A stretch of DNA of 64,000 nt from Tubiluchus corallicola (Eukaryota > Animalia > Priapulida). Each line of letters begins with the position of its first letter. Within the stretch, counting starts at the first letter, position 1. Below are positions 1 through 13,169 of this stretch, piece after piece. The notes beneath the pieces are model-generated. The model was not told the DNA's origin, did not search any database, and saw nothing but the letters and a program-made list of their open reading frames with translations. The stretch spans positions 744,001 through 808,000 of the forward strand of contig JAQGDQ010002372.1 of assembly GCA_030141605.1 (NCBI GenBank), read 5' to 3'. Made by a program: the position numbers and the translations under genes.

Positions 1-190
<190 letters not shown>

Positions 191-630
191 AGGGGGAGTG
201 AAAAAAAGATGAACAATGATGCAGATATCAAGCCAAGCAAACAAGGGGCAAGAGGAAAGGGAGGGAGAAAGATGAAAGAGAGACTGAATGAGTATGTGAG
301 TAAAGCGAGCAGCAAAAGTAAGCCGAGCTGTGGTACTTAAGCTATGTATTTGAAGATCTAAGATACAAACCATCTCATATTTTAACATTGCAGATTCTTA
401 CAAAAGAGATAAGCAAGTACAATAAAAAATTCACTGGATCATTTTTAATTAATTTAACAAGTCACAATTTACTGTTTTAAATAAAAAATATTTTAACGAA
501 ATTTTACCAAATTAATAATTTAGTATGTAGATAACTGAGTCAGACCTAAGTACATTGGTACACAGAATAGTAATAAAGATAAATTTCTATAAATAGCATA
601 ATAGGATATCACTACAATGCTATTACATAC

Positions 631-3600
631 TTGCTTTCTTACAGTATTGGAAACAAAATGGTTTAGCATTGGACAAGCATTAGAGCAAGGTGGTCTCATA
701 GTGCTGACCAAATCATACGTTAAGCTAAATATTACTGGAGTCAACCAATCTTTTGATGCGCCCTGCAACAAACAATGAATGAGGTGAACATTATCTCATG
801 ACGATATAGTAAATGAAACATGGAACACTAGACATAATACAATACCAAACTCTCTGACTAAATTGAAACTGCACAGGTCTTTCTAAAAAACTTCTTTTAT
901 TTAATTTGAAGATGATACTCCTGTGCTACCAACGGTTCAACAGACAAGATTGTGGGAAGATGAATAAAATTGCACAAGCTATTAATGTAATTAAAGAGAC
1001 ACTAGTCACTTGCTTAAATTGGATCAAAATTTTGGTAGAGACCAACATGTAAACAATATTAGTATTAGCACACAAAGTTTACACAGTAACAGCTATTGGC
1101 AAAAAAGATGAGACATAACTGTTCTTAAGTGAACAGCTATTATTGAGCCTGGGTGATTTCTTTAAACAAAACACACACAAAAATTCCAATGCTAAGCAAG
1201 CAGGGTCACTGTATAGTATAGCCGACATACATGATTTAGACTAGTCGTTCCTCAATTTTCACTCTGAAAACACAAGTGTTTGCTGGGTCTCAAATAGGCT
1301 TAAAGCTTTCAACCAGCTTTAAACATACAAGAAAAATTAATAACCAGAGGTGAAAACAAGAAGAACAACAAGAAAATGATAGCAAGACTAAGAATGTCAC
1401 TGGAATTGGTTTTTCAAGCAATTAAAAACTTCACACAATAGCATATCTAAAATAGAATTTACAATACACATCTTACAAATTTAAAAGTATGAAGATCAAA
1501 TTTGATGACACAAGACTTTCCTACAAGCACACAAACAGGTTTACAGCAAATTGTGAACAGCAAATTACAAAGATAAAGGTTGAAGATAATTAAGATTTTA
1601 CCATTTTTGTTTCTGACTAAGATTAGTTTTTGCTATGTAGATTAAATACATTTACCTACCTTCACATACACTGCATGTTCTATACAGCTTTCCTCGGGAC
1701 TGTTTTTCACAAAGGCAGTATTCACAAGATAGTTGGAAGAACTTTTGTTAGACAGAAAAGCCAGCCTATACTGTTTAAACTGACTTTGACCTATGTCAGC
1801 TACCAAGCTGTAATTCACATCTGAAAAAACATTGCACTTTTCATCTTCATTAGAAATTAAAAAAATAGTAATATTGTCATCAACCTTCTTAATACAGATT
1901 GCCCCATATGAGGCAAATGGCTTTTTGATAATACTATTTATTAGAGGTTATGAAGTGCAAATATAAATACCAGTCAAAAAAACAGTTTTTCTATTACTAA
2001 TTTTCTATTACCAATAATCTGTTGATGTTCTTCTTAATGCATGAGACTCTAGTTAGCAATAAAATTATTTGTATTAAAAGAATCACTTTCAAATTAAAGG
2101 TTTGTGGAAACAAAAACTGGGTATTTTGCATCTAGGAATGACTAAAAAAAGTAAGAGAAGCAAAATAGCAATAATATGAGTGTTTCATCTTCTTTTCATT
2201 AAAAAATCAATCTCAGCCACCCATTGAAAGCCAACTGAATGTTCTTTTTCAAACATGTTAGGTGCGATAAGCCTTTTCACAATTCCAGCGATTGATGATG
2301 ATCGGCAAAAGGTCATTGGTTAAGCGTACCCGACAATGCATTTGTGTACACTTGACAACATGTCGCAGCTCATGCTGTTGTAATAGTAGCAGTTTTAACA
2401 GCTAGAACCTTACCTAGTTCATTTTTTCTTCTTTCCAAGCAAAATCCTGTTAGTAAATTATTCTACATTGCACGGACTAATGCATAATTAAGTAAAGCCC
2501 ATGTAAAACAACTGAAGTTACTGAAGATGCCTTTGCACTACCAACACGTCTCATGACGGTTGTAGTTAAGACGCGTAACTGTGGTACACTTAACCTTTGA
2601 CCTGCAGCAACTGCGCGTGCACACAATGAAACTGTGAAAAGGCTTATTTGTCAAGAATTGTCTAATACATTTATACATGCATATTCTTTTATCTTTATCA
2701 TCGATAAAACATTCTATACATTTATTATATATTAGTATATGATTTACTTTGCAATATTAGTATCAAAGCAGCATCACTATGATGTGATGATAAAATAGTC
2801 TTTGGTGTTTTTGGTCTTTTGTTTTTTATAAATACACTGATTAACAGTTCAAAAACAAGGCAGTGTTTTAAAAACATTTCACTCTTTTAACAGTGCAAAA
2901 TTTTATAAAATTTACCATTGACTTTAAACTACCCACTCACAATTAACGTAAAGTGAAACAAGTTGACAAATTCAGAATTTAAATAACTGACTTTAGTATT
3001 TTGACAAGAACATTGGTCCCATGTGACTTTGTTACAGTAGGCACAAATGCCATTAATGTATCATGAAATGTGCTTACCAAGTTGTTTCCAAGGCAAACTA
3101 GCGTCAGAAAATGAAAAGCAAACAGTCACATTGAAATCTGTTTCTTCAAGAAAATGTGCCTTTCGCGGTATCCATGTTGCATTAAATTCAATGTACGCTG
3201 TCATCTGCACAATTGGCCGTGTTCTGCAATGAAAAAAAATGTAACACCCTGACTGGCATAGGTGTTCTGACTTGACTCACAAAAAAATTTAAAATAATTT
3301 TTCTTTTCTATTACCTAAAAAGTATGGCTGCATCACTTTGAAATGCACCAACAGCAAAATCAACATAACCTTTGCTTGGCCTCAGTTTTCGTTTATTAGC
3401 ACCAACAATGTCAGCAACGTTATCAATATCTGTTCCACGAGATATAGACCATCCAAACCCCTTTATTATAGCATTGAAACGTTGTCCTGATATTCGCTGT
3501 AAAAATATACAAAACAAATTAATTTCAATTCCACTAGAGCTCACGATTAAGTTTACACAGTCCTTTAAAAGAATAACATTCATTCTGTCTGCATTCTGTC

Positions 3601-6600
3601 AACACTGTCCACATGATCAGTTTTTACTGACAGTTACTATGCACATAGCTATCTGTTGAAGGGGTGTTCTCTTCATTTTTGAAATACATGTAGCACCAAG
3701 ATAGCTTGTTTGAAAACAAGCTTTGTTTTAGTATCTACTAGAAAGAGAAAGTGAAATGAAAAAAAGAACATCGGCAATAGTCTAGGTTGAAAATGCAAAA
3801 ATGAAATGGCCCCCAAATTCACAGAAAATTAAAATTAAGAAGCAAGTATGACATCTACTTCAGGCTAGTTGCACCTAAGGAATCCATTTCTGTCAATTTT
3901 ATTTGAAAAATAGTTGCCATTCTCAAAATAGCCACTAATAGAGTAGAAGAAAATCCAAAAAGTGTTTCTACAAAGTTCTGGAGGCATTTTTTTCAAAAAG
4001 TGTGCACCATAGCCAGTCTTATCAGCTTGGCTTTGCTAAACACCAAAGAAGCTGTTGCCAGCTCAAAAAATAAGTTGAAAGGGGATAAAAATGCAAAAAG
4101 CAAAATCACCTACTCCAGGACATTTGGATTCGAGGAACCAATTTCTGTCATTTTCATTTCAAAAATGACTACTGTTTTCAAAATGTCTGCCACTAGACTT
4201 AAAAAAAATCCCAAAAAGGTGCTTCTATAAAGTTCTGGGGGCGTTTTTTTCCAAAAGTGGGAACATGGCCACTCTTAGCAATTTGACTATGCTGAATCCC
4301 AAAGAAATTGTTGCCAGCTCAAAAAATCATCGGAAAGTGTTCAAAGATACAAAAAAACAAAATACCCACAAAGTTTTTGCGCAAACAATGTAAATCTAAA
4401 GAAGTTCCAGAAAACTAATCAATATTCTGTTACTTTTATTACAAAAAGTGGCCCCCGTTTTCAAAATTGCTGCCACACAAAACAAAATTATGCCGATCAA
4501 TTATCAATTATAATTAATTGTTAGAACAGGTAAGATGATGATTTTGGTGTCTAAACATAGGTTTTAACTTTTAAAGGTCAAGCAATTCACAATTCATGCT
4601 CTGTTAGTTAAGATACGGCTTTCAAAAACTAGCAACAGTTATTGATTTTGAAAATGGCCAACAAGATTTCTGTAGGTAGCTTATAAAGGCCACATCTTAG
4701 TTGTCACAGCAGAAAAGATGATGACTTTGACGTATAAATGTAGTGTTTGAAGGTCAAGGAGTCCACATCTGATGCTTAAAGATGTCTACATGACACTGCC
4801 TATTTAGGATTTCAAGATGGTTGCCAAGATGGCTGCAGGCACTTGAATAATATGTTAGCTATATACTGCTTACTGAACTGTAACAATATCAGCAATACCA
4901 TGTATGTATATCACTCATTCTGACAAAGGAGTCAGCAAAAAGAGAGAAACAGTTCAATGTCAGAACTTACAGATCATATCATCCTCGTATACATATAACT
5001 TTGACAATATTATCACCTTAAAAAATTAAGCAATGTGTCACATTGACCGCCGCATTTTCTCAAAACTGTGCGAGCAAGTCTTCCTTGAACAATTTTAATC
5101 TGTTACAGCAACCTTGGCTGGCTGGCTGGCTGCAGCATTTAATAAGTTGTTGAGATGCTTCAGGTCTTACTGTCCTATTGTCACTTGAGTGAACTCTTCC
5201 TACCCGAGTCAGGCGATGATAGTGTGGCACATGTTGGAGAAATTGTCTCCGAAAAGCCTTCCTTTTCGTGAACAGGTCTTTACGTGCTTTGCAAATTGAG
5301 ATCAATGTGTCAGCTTTGTCATACAGAAGTTCAACAAAATGTTCAAGCACAAGCATGAGTTCAGTCAACAGTTCTGCTCCAACAGTGATCCTTAGTGGTA
5401 CAAATGCTTCTGCTATGTGAGCCAAGCCATCCTTTTCCCTCTTATATAAACTAGCGACAGCTACATTTTTGACCATTTTTAAAATGTTGGCCATATTATT
5501 ACTATCGTAAATCCTTGACCTTTAAAGCCTATATATAGATACTGACATCATCGTCTTATTTACCTTAGGTCATACAACACAGCTAATATATTACACAAGT
5601 GGCTCTGCCTTCAATTACTGAAAATATTTTGCAAAAAGAGTAGGTTATCAAGGCACCAGAGCTAGAATTTTTCCAGGGTAGATGCCACAGCACGAGTGCA
5701 AGTTCTTTGTGTATTTCCTTGTACAAGAGTAACAAGACTACAGAACTTACGTAAAGTCGCTCACGGAAATTTTTGCATTCATGTACTTACAAAATATAAT
5801 TTATGCAATAGTTTTTTGTAAATAATTCATTGTTTTTAGTGACATTTACGCACCTGCTATAAATGGGCCCTTCTAGCTGAATCACCAGCGCACATTATTA
5901 TTGGCTGTTCATGCCAAGAGTGACGACATTCAAAGCAAATGACATTCAAATTCCACTGTCATTCTCAGCACCAACGTCGTGCTTCCACACAAACAAACTT
6001 AAAAATGACCAGTGTTTTAAATGACCATATGGATGGCCTACAAGTTTTAAAAACGTGTTTCATATCATAAATGAAAATTAGGTTTTAAAAATGTGTTTCA
6101 TATCATAAATGAAAATTAGGTTTTAAACAAAGTGCATGACTAGTCAGTAGTATTCCAACACTTTTAGAGGAAATTTACTTCAAAAAAACTGCATATAATG
6201 TGTCCTGGTGTAAAATGTAAAATGCTTCAGTGATATATGCAAGATTATTTCACTTGCTGTCAATAATTAGATGAATAATACTGAATGTACAAGAAAAAAT
6301 ACTAATTATAGGCCTACTCATAGAACACTAAGAACAGACCTACTCATAGATTAAGCGTACCTGTTTATATGCTGTTTGCAAGCCTGTTTTGGAACCAAGA
6401 TAAACATAAATTGCTCCAGCACCATCATTCTCAAAAGGAGCACCAACCACTACATCTAAATAAATTCGTTTTGCAAATCAGAAAAAAAACGAGACACTAT
6501 TATCTTTTTTCGTATTTGTTTTTTGTATGTAAATTGATGATAACTGACAAATGATTACACAAAAATATAAATAAAATGTTTGTTTACTATATAATTAACC

Positions 6601-9600
6601 ACATAGTGCCCCGTATAATTAATGCTTAACGACAACAGCAATAGCAGCAGCAGCAGTATTAGCTCGTGGAAGCTGTCATTTTACTTGTTTTTTTTCTGTT
6701 GCTAAGCCCAGATCTTCGTTTTGGAAGAGCCATCTACAGGATTTAAACCTGACTTCAATTCACTCTTGCAATGTCCATAGCACCTACCAGTTCGTACGAT
6801 TGCAAAGTGTTTTTGTACAAGCGTGACAAAAACAATGGCAAACTGTAACAGTGATTTTCTCAAGATTATGTTTTTCAGTGTGCAGCTGGCAACCCAACTT
6901 CAACGTGGATTATCTCCTCTTAGAAATAACACAGAGCGATGAACTTGGTAGCAAAATGATCCTCATGAAATAGAGATTCATGATATGTGAATAACTAAGA
7001 AAGCTTATATGCTGACTTCCGGACATTTTTGCTACGCAAGCACACAATTACGAAGACTTTCTAGAAAAACATAAAAAGTGAAGAACATTTCAATTTTAAC
7101 CCTGTAGTACTTGAAAAGATCATTACTTCACCTCTAAAGTTAGTTCCAATTTTTCTCTGAAAAATTTTATATTACATTTCTCACCAGTAAAACTGTCTTT
7201 ATTCAAATCTCCAACAGGCGATATTGCAGAGCCAAATCTGGCATTAATTTGTTTTTCTCCAGACAAAGGTTTTATGTGACTTGAAAAGTGAACCTACACG
7301 AAAGATCCAAATTTGATGTCAATTCATCAGAGTTTTTAAGAACTCTAAAAATTGATGCAATTCAAAGCAGTCAATGCACTTCTCTGAAAATAAACATTTG
7401 CAAATTTGACAGTTGTCAAGAAATGTGCCAGTATGGTATCGTTATTTTCTAACGATGGTTGCCTGGGTCTGCCCCAGCAAAAAGGTTACTCTATGGTAAT
7501 GAGTGAATATGCAACTGTTTTCTATGAATGAGTAATCTGTAGGCCGTATTATCTGGCATTTCGTCTACCTACCTCTGAAAAGGCCACAACTATTCATTTC
7601 AGTTAGGCTTCCCTATATATCCATCTGTATTGTATTGAGCTAATTCCAAAGCTCTTTATAGAAGATAATCTATAGCCTCAGTTCACAAGGTATGCAATGC
7701 TTCTTTATTACGCAATGTCATAAAATGTTTATTGATAACAATGTAGAAAGCAGCAGTGATAATATTCACATATTTGTCTGGGTCTAATAGCAAAAACTAG
7801 GCTTTTTATTTTGGGGCAAAATTTAAGTACCAGTCTAGCTATCTCTCTTTCACAACTAACAAAAACAATAAAAAATCTTCAAAAAATCAAGGATTGTGGT
7901 CTTCGACAACAGTACCAAAAGGCAAAACAAAACCTGTCAAAGCAGTACAACTGCATAATCACAACATAGTTCGGAAAAGTTTGCTAAAAGTTTCTAGTCA
8001 TCCTTTCATCTGCAATAAAATGCGTTTCTCTTAAATTTCCCAGAGATAATATAGATAGAATAGGCTAATTTGTATCTTACCAAACCTTGGCTAATGTATA
8101 TGTAAACTCTTCCTTCATCTTGCCTGTAGCTGTGCAAAGGGGATCCAACCAGCACATCATCCATGCCATCCCCATTCACATCAACTCCACAAACGGTTGC
8201 CCCAAAGTACTCGCCTAGCTAGAATGACAAAAACACTGTAGTTAGTGTACGATAACACAATACTGGATGTTAAAGGTATCAAACAGCTAAACAGAAAACA
8301 AAAAATATCATTTCTTAACAAATCACATGCTTCACACTGCAATGCTATGTGCTGCACGAATAATCAGCATATTTAATAACTGATTTTATTAATATAAAAT
8401 AAAATGAGTGTTATTGCAGACATCAAAGAACAAAAACTGTGTAATGCAAAATTAAAATGTGCCATCTAAGTCGACTAACTCATCAAGAATATAGTACCAA
8501 CACACAACTATGAAGAGCGTAACTATATCAAACATTCATAAATTAAACAAAATCAAAATGACATGCAAGAAAATGAATGGAATAATTAAGAATTTAAGGT
8601 AAGAGGCCCCCCAAATATGGGTTAGTATTTCCTAGATGAGATCGACATACGGCACTATATTTTATGCATTGCTACGTATTGTAATTATCATTTAACGTGA
8701 TACCAAATCTCCATGAAAAGTACTTACGGTCAGCAGCATAAAAAAGTATAAAGGTTATTAGAATTATTTTACCTGAAAATGTATTTTCTGCATTGACGAG
8801 GAATGTAACTTTCAATTATTATACTGTATTTGCGGCATTGTCAAGAAATGTAACTTTCTCTTATTATATTAAAAGCCAGTGAAAAACAAAGCTCATATCA
8901 TCTAAGAGTCGAGTTTAAATGAATACATGTGCTACTGACTCTTGTTTTCTGGTACCTTGCTAATCAATCGCAATTTGTTTGGCTATGTACGCAAATTGCT
9001 GCATGATTTGTTACATACAAATCTTTAAAAACTGTCAAAATCCACATCTTCAATTGACCCAAAAATGTATAGGCTCCTCTGCAAGCTCGCAGAGACTAAA
9101 CCATGCTCTACTGATATGCCAAGTAATAACTACTTACATTACTCCACAACTTAGAAAGTAGAGACAGACAGAAATGAAAATTATACAGTTGCCTGCTTTC
9201 CTACGGCAACTATAATAATCAGTTTATCAGTATCAAAGACGTACAGTATTAGCAAGTAACAGCAGCACAAACATTAAAAAAGATTAATAAAAGTAGTTAC
9301 TTGAGGATGTGGATGATCTCCAGCAAATCTTTTCATAATTCTAATTTTGTAAAATTGCTCTGTCTTGTTAGAGTCTCTAATGTATCGTTCTTCTTTATCG
9401 ATGCTATATATTATTGCCTACAGACACAAAAGAGTAACTGATCTATTGTGTTAAAGGAATGACTGCTTTTCAGATGTAACAACTCTCAAAAACAATGTGC
9501 AAAAAGCTATACCTCTCCATGCAAGTTCTTTCTGGGTGCTCCTGCTAAATAATAAATCTGGCCATCTTGTAAGAATCTCCCTGAACTAACAGAGTACCCT

Positions 9601-12600
9601 AAAGAAGAATCCAATCTTTTTAAGTTGTTCTTAAAATAAGCAAGACTGCTTTTGATGCAAAACATTATTCTTCCTTATGTAGATAGGGGTGCTAATATAA
9701 ATAGCATTTCGATATTATATATAAGGAATAAATGTCTAATGAATTACATCTTTCCAAATTGTACAACAAGGCCCTAAACTTACCAAAGTAGCTATAGTCA
9801 TGCATTCCATCATTTAGGCTAATCTCAGGAATGACTAGATTGGGTTTGTTGATATCTTCTTGAAAAAGATTAGGTCTTCGAATGGTTGTACCTGTGAGTA
9901 AAGGTCATTACAACATTGAAATAACTGCTTTTGATTTTTATATAACTATTGTCTGGAATCAGTACATAGCTTTGCATAATTATTAAACTAAAAGAAAAAA
10001 ACATGTAAATCAAAAGCAGACCCTGCATGTGTTCTTTTGATTGTTCGGCAGAATCAGAGCCAGTTTCATTATCACTGACAACTAAAGATGAGATATTGAA
10101 CCAGCTGAGTTGTCTTAGCTAGTTAAGTATGTATACGGCCTGCCCATCAAAGCAAATAGCTGGAGGTAGTATGGCAGATGAAACAGTCCAAAAACAAGTT
10201 GTTTTTTGGTCAGTCACCCATTTACTAACTAGGCCCAGTAAGGATCAACTTCAGTTGCTATACATTAGTACAGTGCCCATGACGCTATAATCCATCCTAA
10301 ACCTAAAAACAACTTTCAGCTTATTCACAGATGTGTAGAAATGTTGATTCAAGTTTAACAGTACAGAAGTCTGATATAAAGCATACCTTGAAAATCGTTT
10401 ATACCTACAGCCCCATAAATGGCTAGTGGTCTAGCTTTGCGATTCAATCTTACCTGAAAATGCAATGTACACTGCCTTGTTGAACATAATTAACCATTTT
10501 TGTTCCGCTCTGCATGCATTTTTGCATGCTCACTACTGCACACAAGACAACAATACAATGTATAAGCCAAAACTGTTAATTAACTTTTATTACTATTTAC
10601 AGCCTCACTGTTGCTAGATATATTTTAAGCACAAATTAATACTTGCTCTTTTGTCAGTAATATGAGCTGAGAATCCTGCCAATGATGTAATATATTTTAA
10701 TGACAAATCACTTCCCACTTGTTTGTTTTCTGAAAAAGAAACACTTAACAATATCAAACAGCTTTACCAACCACAAGTGCAACCTCAGGATGTAATTTGC
10801 CAAACTGGGCTGCATCACAGGCACAAAATCTATTTCGCATGACATTTTAAAATTATGACTGAAAATTAATTTTTAAGCAATAAGTAAAAAAATCCAAATT
10901 AGCAAATAACCCATTTCATCAAACCTTACCGCCTATGTCCCACAAAGGTGAATCAGGAATCAAATGTGATACTGTCTTTATATTCTGAGGGTACAAAGAC
11001 ATTCCAATGCATCTACCATTAACTGCATATAAGCTGAGCCCTAAATTTCTAGCATCTTGCTTCCACAAATGTCCACAAACCTAAAAAATTTAGAAATTTT
11101 TGAAGAGATAAGAGATATTTAGCAAATCAGACTGTCATTGTTAAGTAGTTTGTTGTGTATTTTTTACAGTTCAGCCTATTAACTGACTGTTTAAATGAAT
11201 GTATAAAATCTCAAGTGGACACACTTAAGTTTACTAATTTATTACCATATATTTGACTTTGATTACGAGTAGCATGCCCGTTAGCACTGCTATTCAATGT
11301 GGAAGCTATACAACCTAAAAGTGTAGTTGGCAAAACATGTCATGCATTAATTAAGGGGAAGGGAATAGCTGCGTGATCTGGTGTTTGGCTAAAATGACAC
11401 AATGCTGGGTGTGGTTACTAAATGGATGGGTGAACTGTCCAGTAAATTACTCTAGATGACTTCAACAACTATATTAACTCTGAAAATTCCACAGTTCAGC
11501 AACTATTTTATCATAAAAGAATAAACTTATAATGTGTAAATGCCATTATTTCTATTATTAAGGTAGTATATTGTGCAATAGATTCATGTTATGTTTAAAA
11601 CCGCCACGGAGTTGCTTTGATTGTGATGTCTGCTGTCAGTCGAGTATATTTTGCGTAGGTGCTGTAATCATTTAAATGCCCTAGCAAGATCCTGGATGTC
11701 TGGGTGGGTGGAAAACACGACTGGCTTTTATTTAAATAGCCGTGCAGGCGCAATATAACTATTGAGCATTTCAGCATGGACCTTAATAACTAAATCTACT
11801 AAATATGATCAAGGGGCCAGAAAATTCCCTCGTAATAAGCAAGATCTCGTACTATTGGAGCTCGCTGTAAGCAAGATTTAAATATATTATTTAAGCCTAA
11901 GATTTGGCAGGACTTTGAAATTTGCTTGTAACAACCTGAGGCTCGTTATAACGGGCCTTGTTATAAGTGGATTATACTGTACTGCAAATTTCAGAGTAGA
12001 GATAGTATGGACTACCTACCATTACATATCCATCAACTGCATCCAGGCTGGACCCAAGCAACTGCCCAGATTTCTTTTCAGTTATATTTCCATTTAATGG
12101 CACGCTTCCTTAATACAAAAGTGAATAAACAAATGAAATAGACTACTTGTAATGAGCCACGAAGAAAAGTAAATAAAAAAATTTATAAATAAAAACCAAT
12201 AAACACTACAATATGTCAAATTTGAAGACATCTAAAGCACTTTAACTTATGCAATTTGTACAATGCCACATGGCATTATGCAATGTATTACTAAAGAATA
12301 ATTAAAATTAATTTTAATAAATGATATCATAGTAAAGAATACAAGAACAAACAGCTTGCGCAAGAATTCAAGACTGAAGTATATCTTCAGTATTTTCCTT
12401 TTCAGTACGTAATATGTTTGTTACCTGATGCTATAACCTATAAATCTAGTGAAAACGATACCTGTATCAAGCTTTTCGTAGCGAGAACACACTGGATTCC
12501 CTCTTTTGTTTTCCCTACAAATGTACAGGGCTCCAGGTCTAGATGCGGATAGTAGTGAGTTTTCTGATAAGGGTGCCCCAACAAATAACCTACAAAATTT

Positions 12601-12751
12601 TGGAGAACATTGCACATTAAGTATAATGTGTCATTCTGATACGGCTGCAAAATTTCTGATGCAGTCATGGGACGTACATCCCTAAATGTGATAGTTATGA
12701 AGTTTAGAAATGCCAAAGAATGAGCAGAACAGAGAATAAGAAGAGAGGGTA

Positions 12752-12827
<76 letters not shown>

Positions 12828-13169
12828 CAGAGAGAGAGAGAGAGAGTCATTTCAGATAGACAGTTATCGACACGAGAGACAATCATCATCTCACAACTAA
12901 ATACATATTTGCATTTCCGAAAACATCGCACAGCATAATCTTATAATTACATTTTAATCAGAACTTTTTTATGTTAATGAAGACTATACTAACCAGTATG
13001 GAACATTTTGTCTTGGTTTTCGAACCAGTCCAACAGAATAACCAAAATGTTCACCATGTCCATCAGGTAAATTGAACACAACAGCATTGTCAACATCCAC
13101 ATTAAAACCACATGAATTGCATACAAACATTAAAGACAAAACACTTAAAAACTCTGTTGAAAAACACAT
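631..13169 (-). CDS. Integrin alpha subunit (no alpha-I domain; alpha4/alpha9-like), 5' 16 exons, ~656 aa; 3' part lies left of the window
   Basis: Exons (minus): 12994-13169, 12462-12589, 12020-12108, 10930-11080, 10647-10729, 10387-10453, 9784-9891, 9513-9598, 9301-9417, 8081-8218, 7185-7293, 6361-6455, 3315-3496, 3078-3223, 1660-1820, 631-762. Phases join into one frame if intron 5 uses a GC donor. The signal peptide is followed by FNVD. FG-GAP repeats: HFGYSV...LFVGAP, SYFGYSV...LAGAP, EYFGATVCGVDVNGDGMDDVLVGSP, ARFGSAISPVGDLNKDSFTDVVVGAPFE, GFGWSI...FAVGAF. RTRPIV marks the start of the thigh domain. VCGHLWK resembles the alpha4/alpha9 CxHRWK motif; the subfamily call is inference. Confidence 0.95.
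2269..2645. mobile_element. MITE with ~19-bp terminal inverted repeats and AT flanks (possibly PIF/Harbinger ISL2EU-like)
   Basis: Left end AT|AAGCCTTTTCACAATTCCA at 2267; right end TGAAACTGTGAAAAGGCTT|AT ending at 2647. Non-coding interior. Confidence 0.7.
3790..5570 (-). mobile_element. Decayed DNA transposon relic with subterminal repeats and a C-terminal transposase-like fragment carrying a CXC-type Cys cluster
   Basis: ORF 5060-5494 contains LEHFVELLYD...KARKDLFTK, a frameshifted TISPT and QLIKCCSQ...GCC. This resembles the LExFVxxLY..R..LF...PPT...LIxCxC C-terminus of a widespread invertebrate transposon-associated family (recalled, not searched). It is flanked by many AAAATGGC-type motifs and ~250-bp diverged direct repeats (3885-4110 vs 4138-4365, partial third copy at 4424). 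Confidence 0.6.
6043..6126. repeat. ~38-bp tandem duplication
   Basis: GTTTTAAAAA(C/T)GTGTTTCATATCATAAATGAAAATTAG occurs twice. Confidence 0.85.
10100..10262 (-). mobile_element. 5S rRNA-derived SINE (SINE3-like) relic
   Basis: Minus strand reads ACTGAAGTTGATCCTTACTGGGCCTAGTTAGTAAATGGGTGACTG, resembling the 5S internal promoter (ACCGAAGTTAAGC...GGGCCCGGTTAGTACTTGGATGGGTGACCG). The body TTTCATCTGCCA...TTGATGG is shared with the copy at 54337-54480. Confidence 0.55.
11370..11445 (+). mobile_element. 5S-derived SINE head fragment
   Basis: GCTGGGTGTGGTTACTAAATGGATGGGTGAACTG resembles the 5S box C region. Confidence 0.4.
11780..11981. mobile_element. Tc1/mariner-pogo (Tigger-like) MITE right end
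   Basis: Repeated CTCGT(T/A)ATAA subterminal motifs ending ...TTATAAGTGGATTATACTG|TA. Confidence 0.5.
12756..12846. repeat. (AG)n/(AGAGAC)n compound microsatellite in integrin intron 1
   Basis: Directly visible. Confidence 0.97.
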
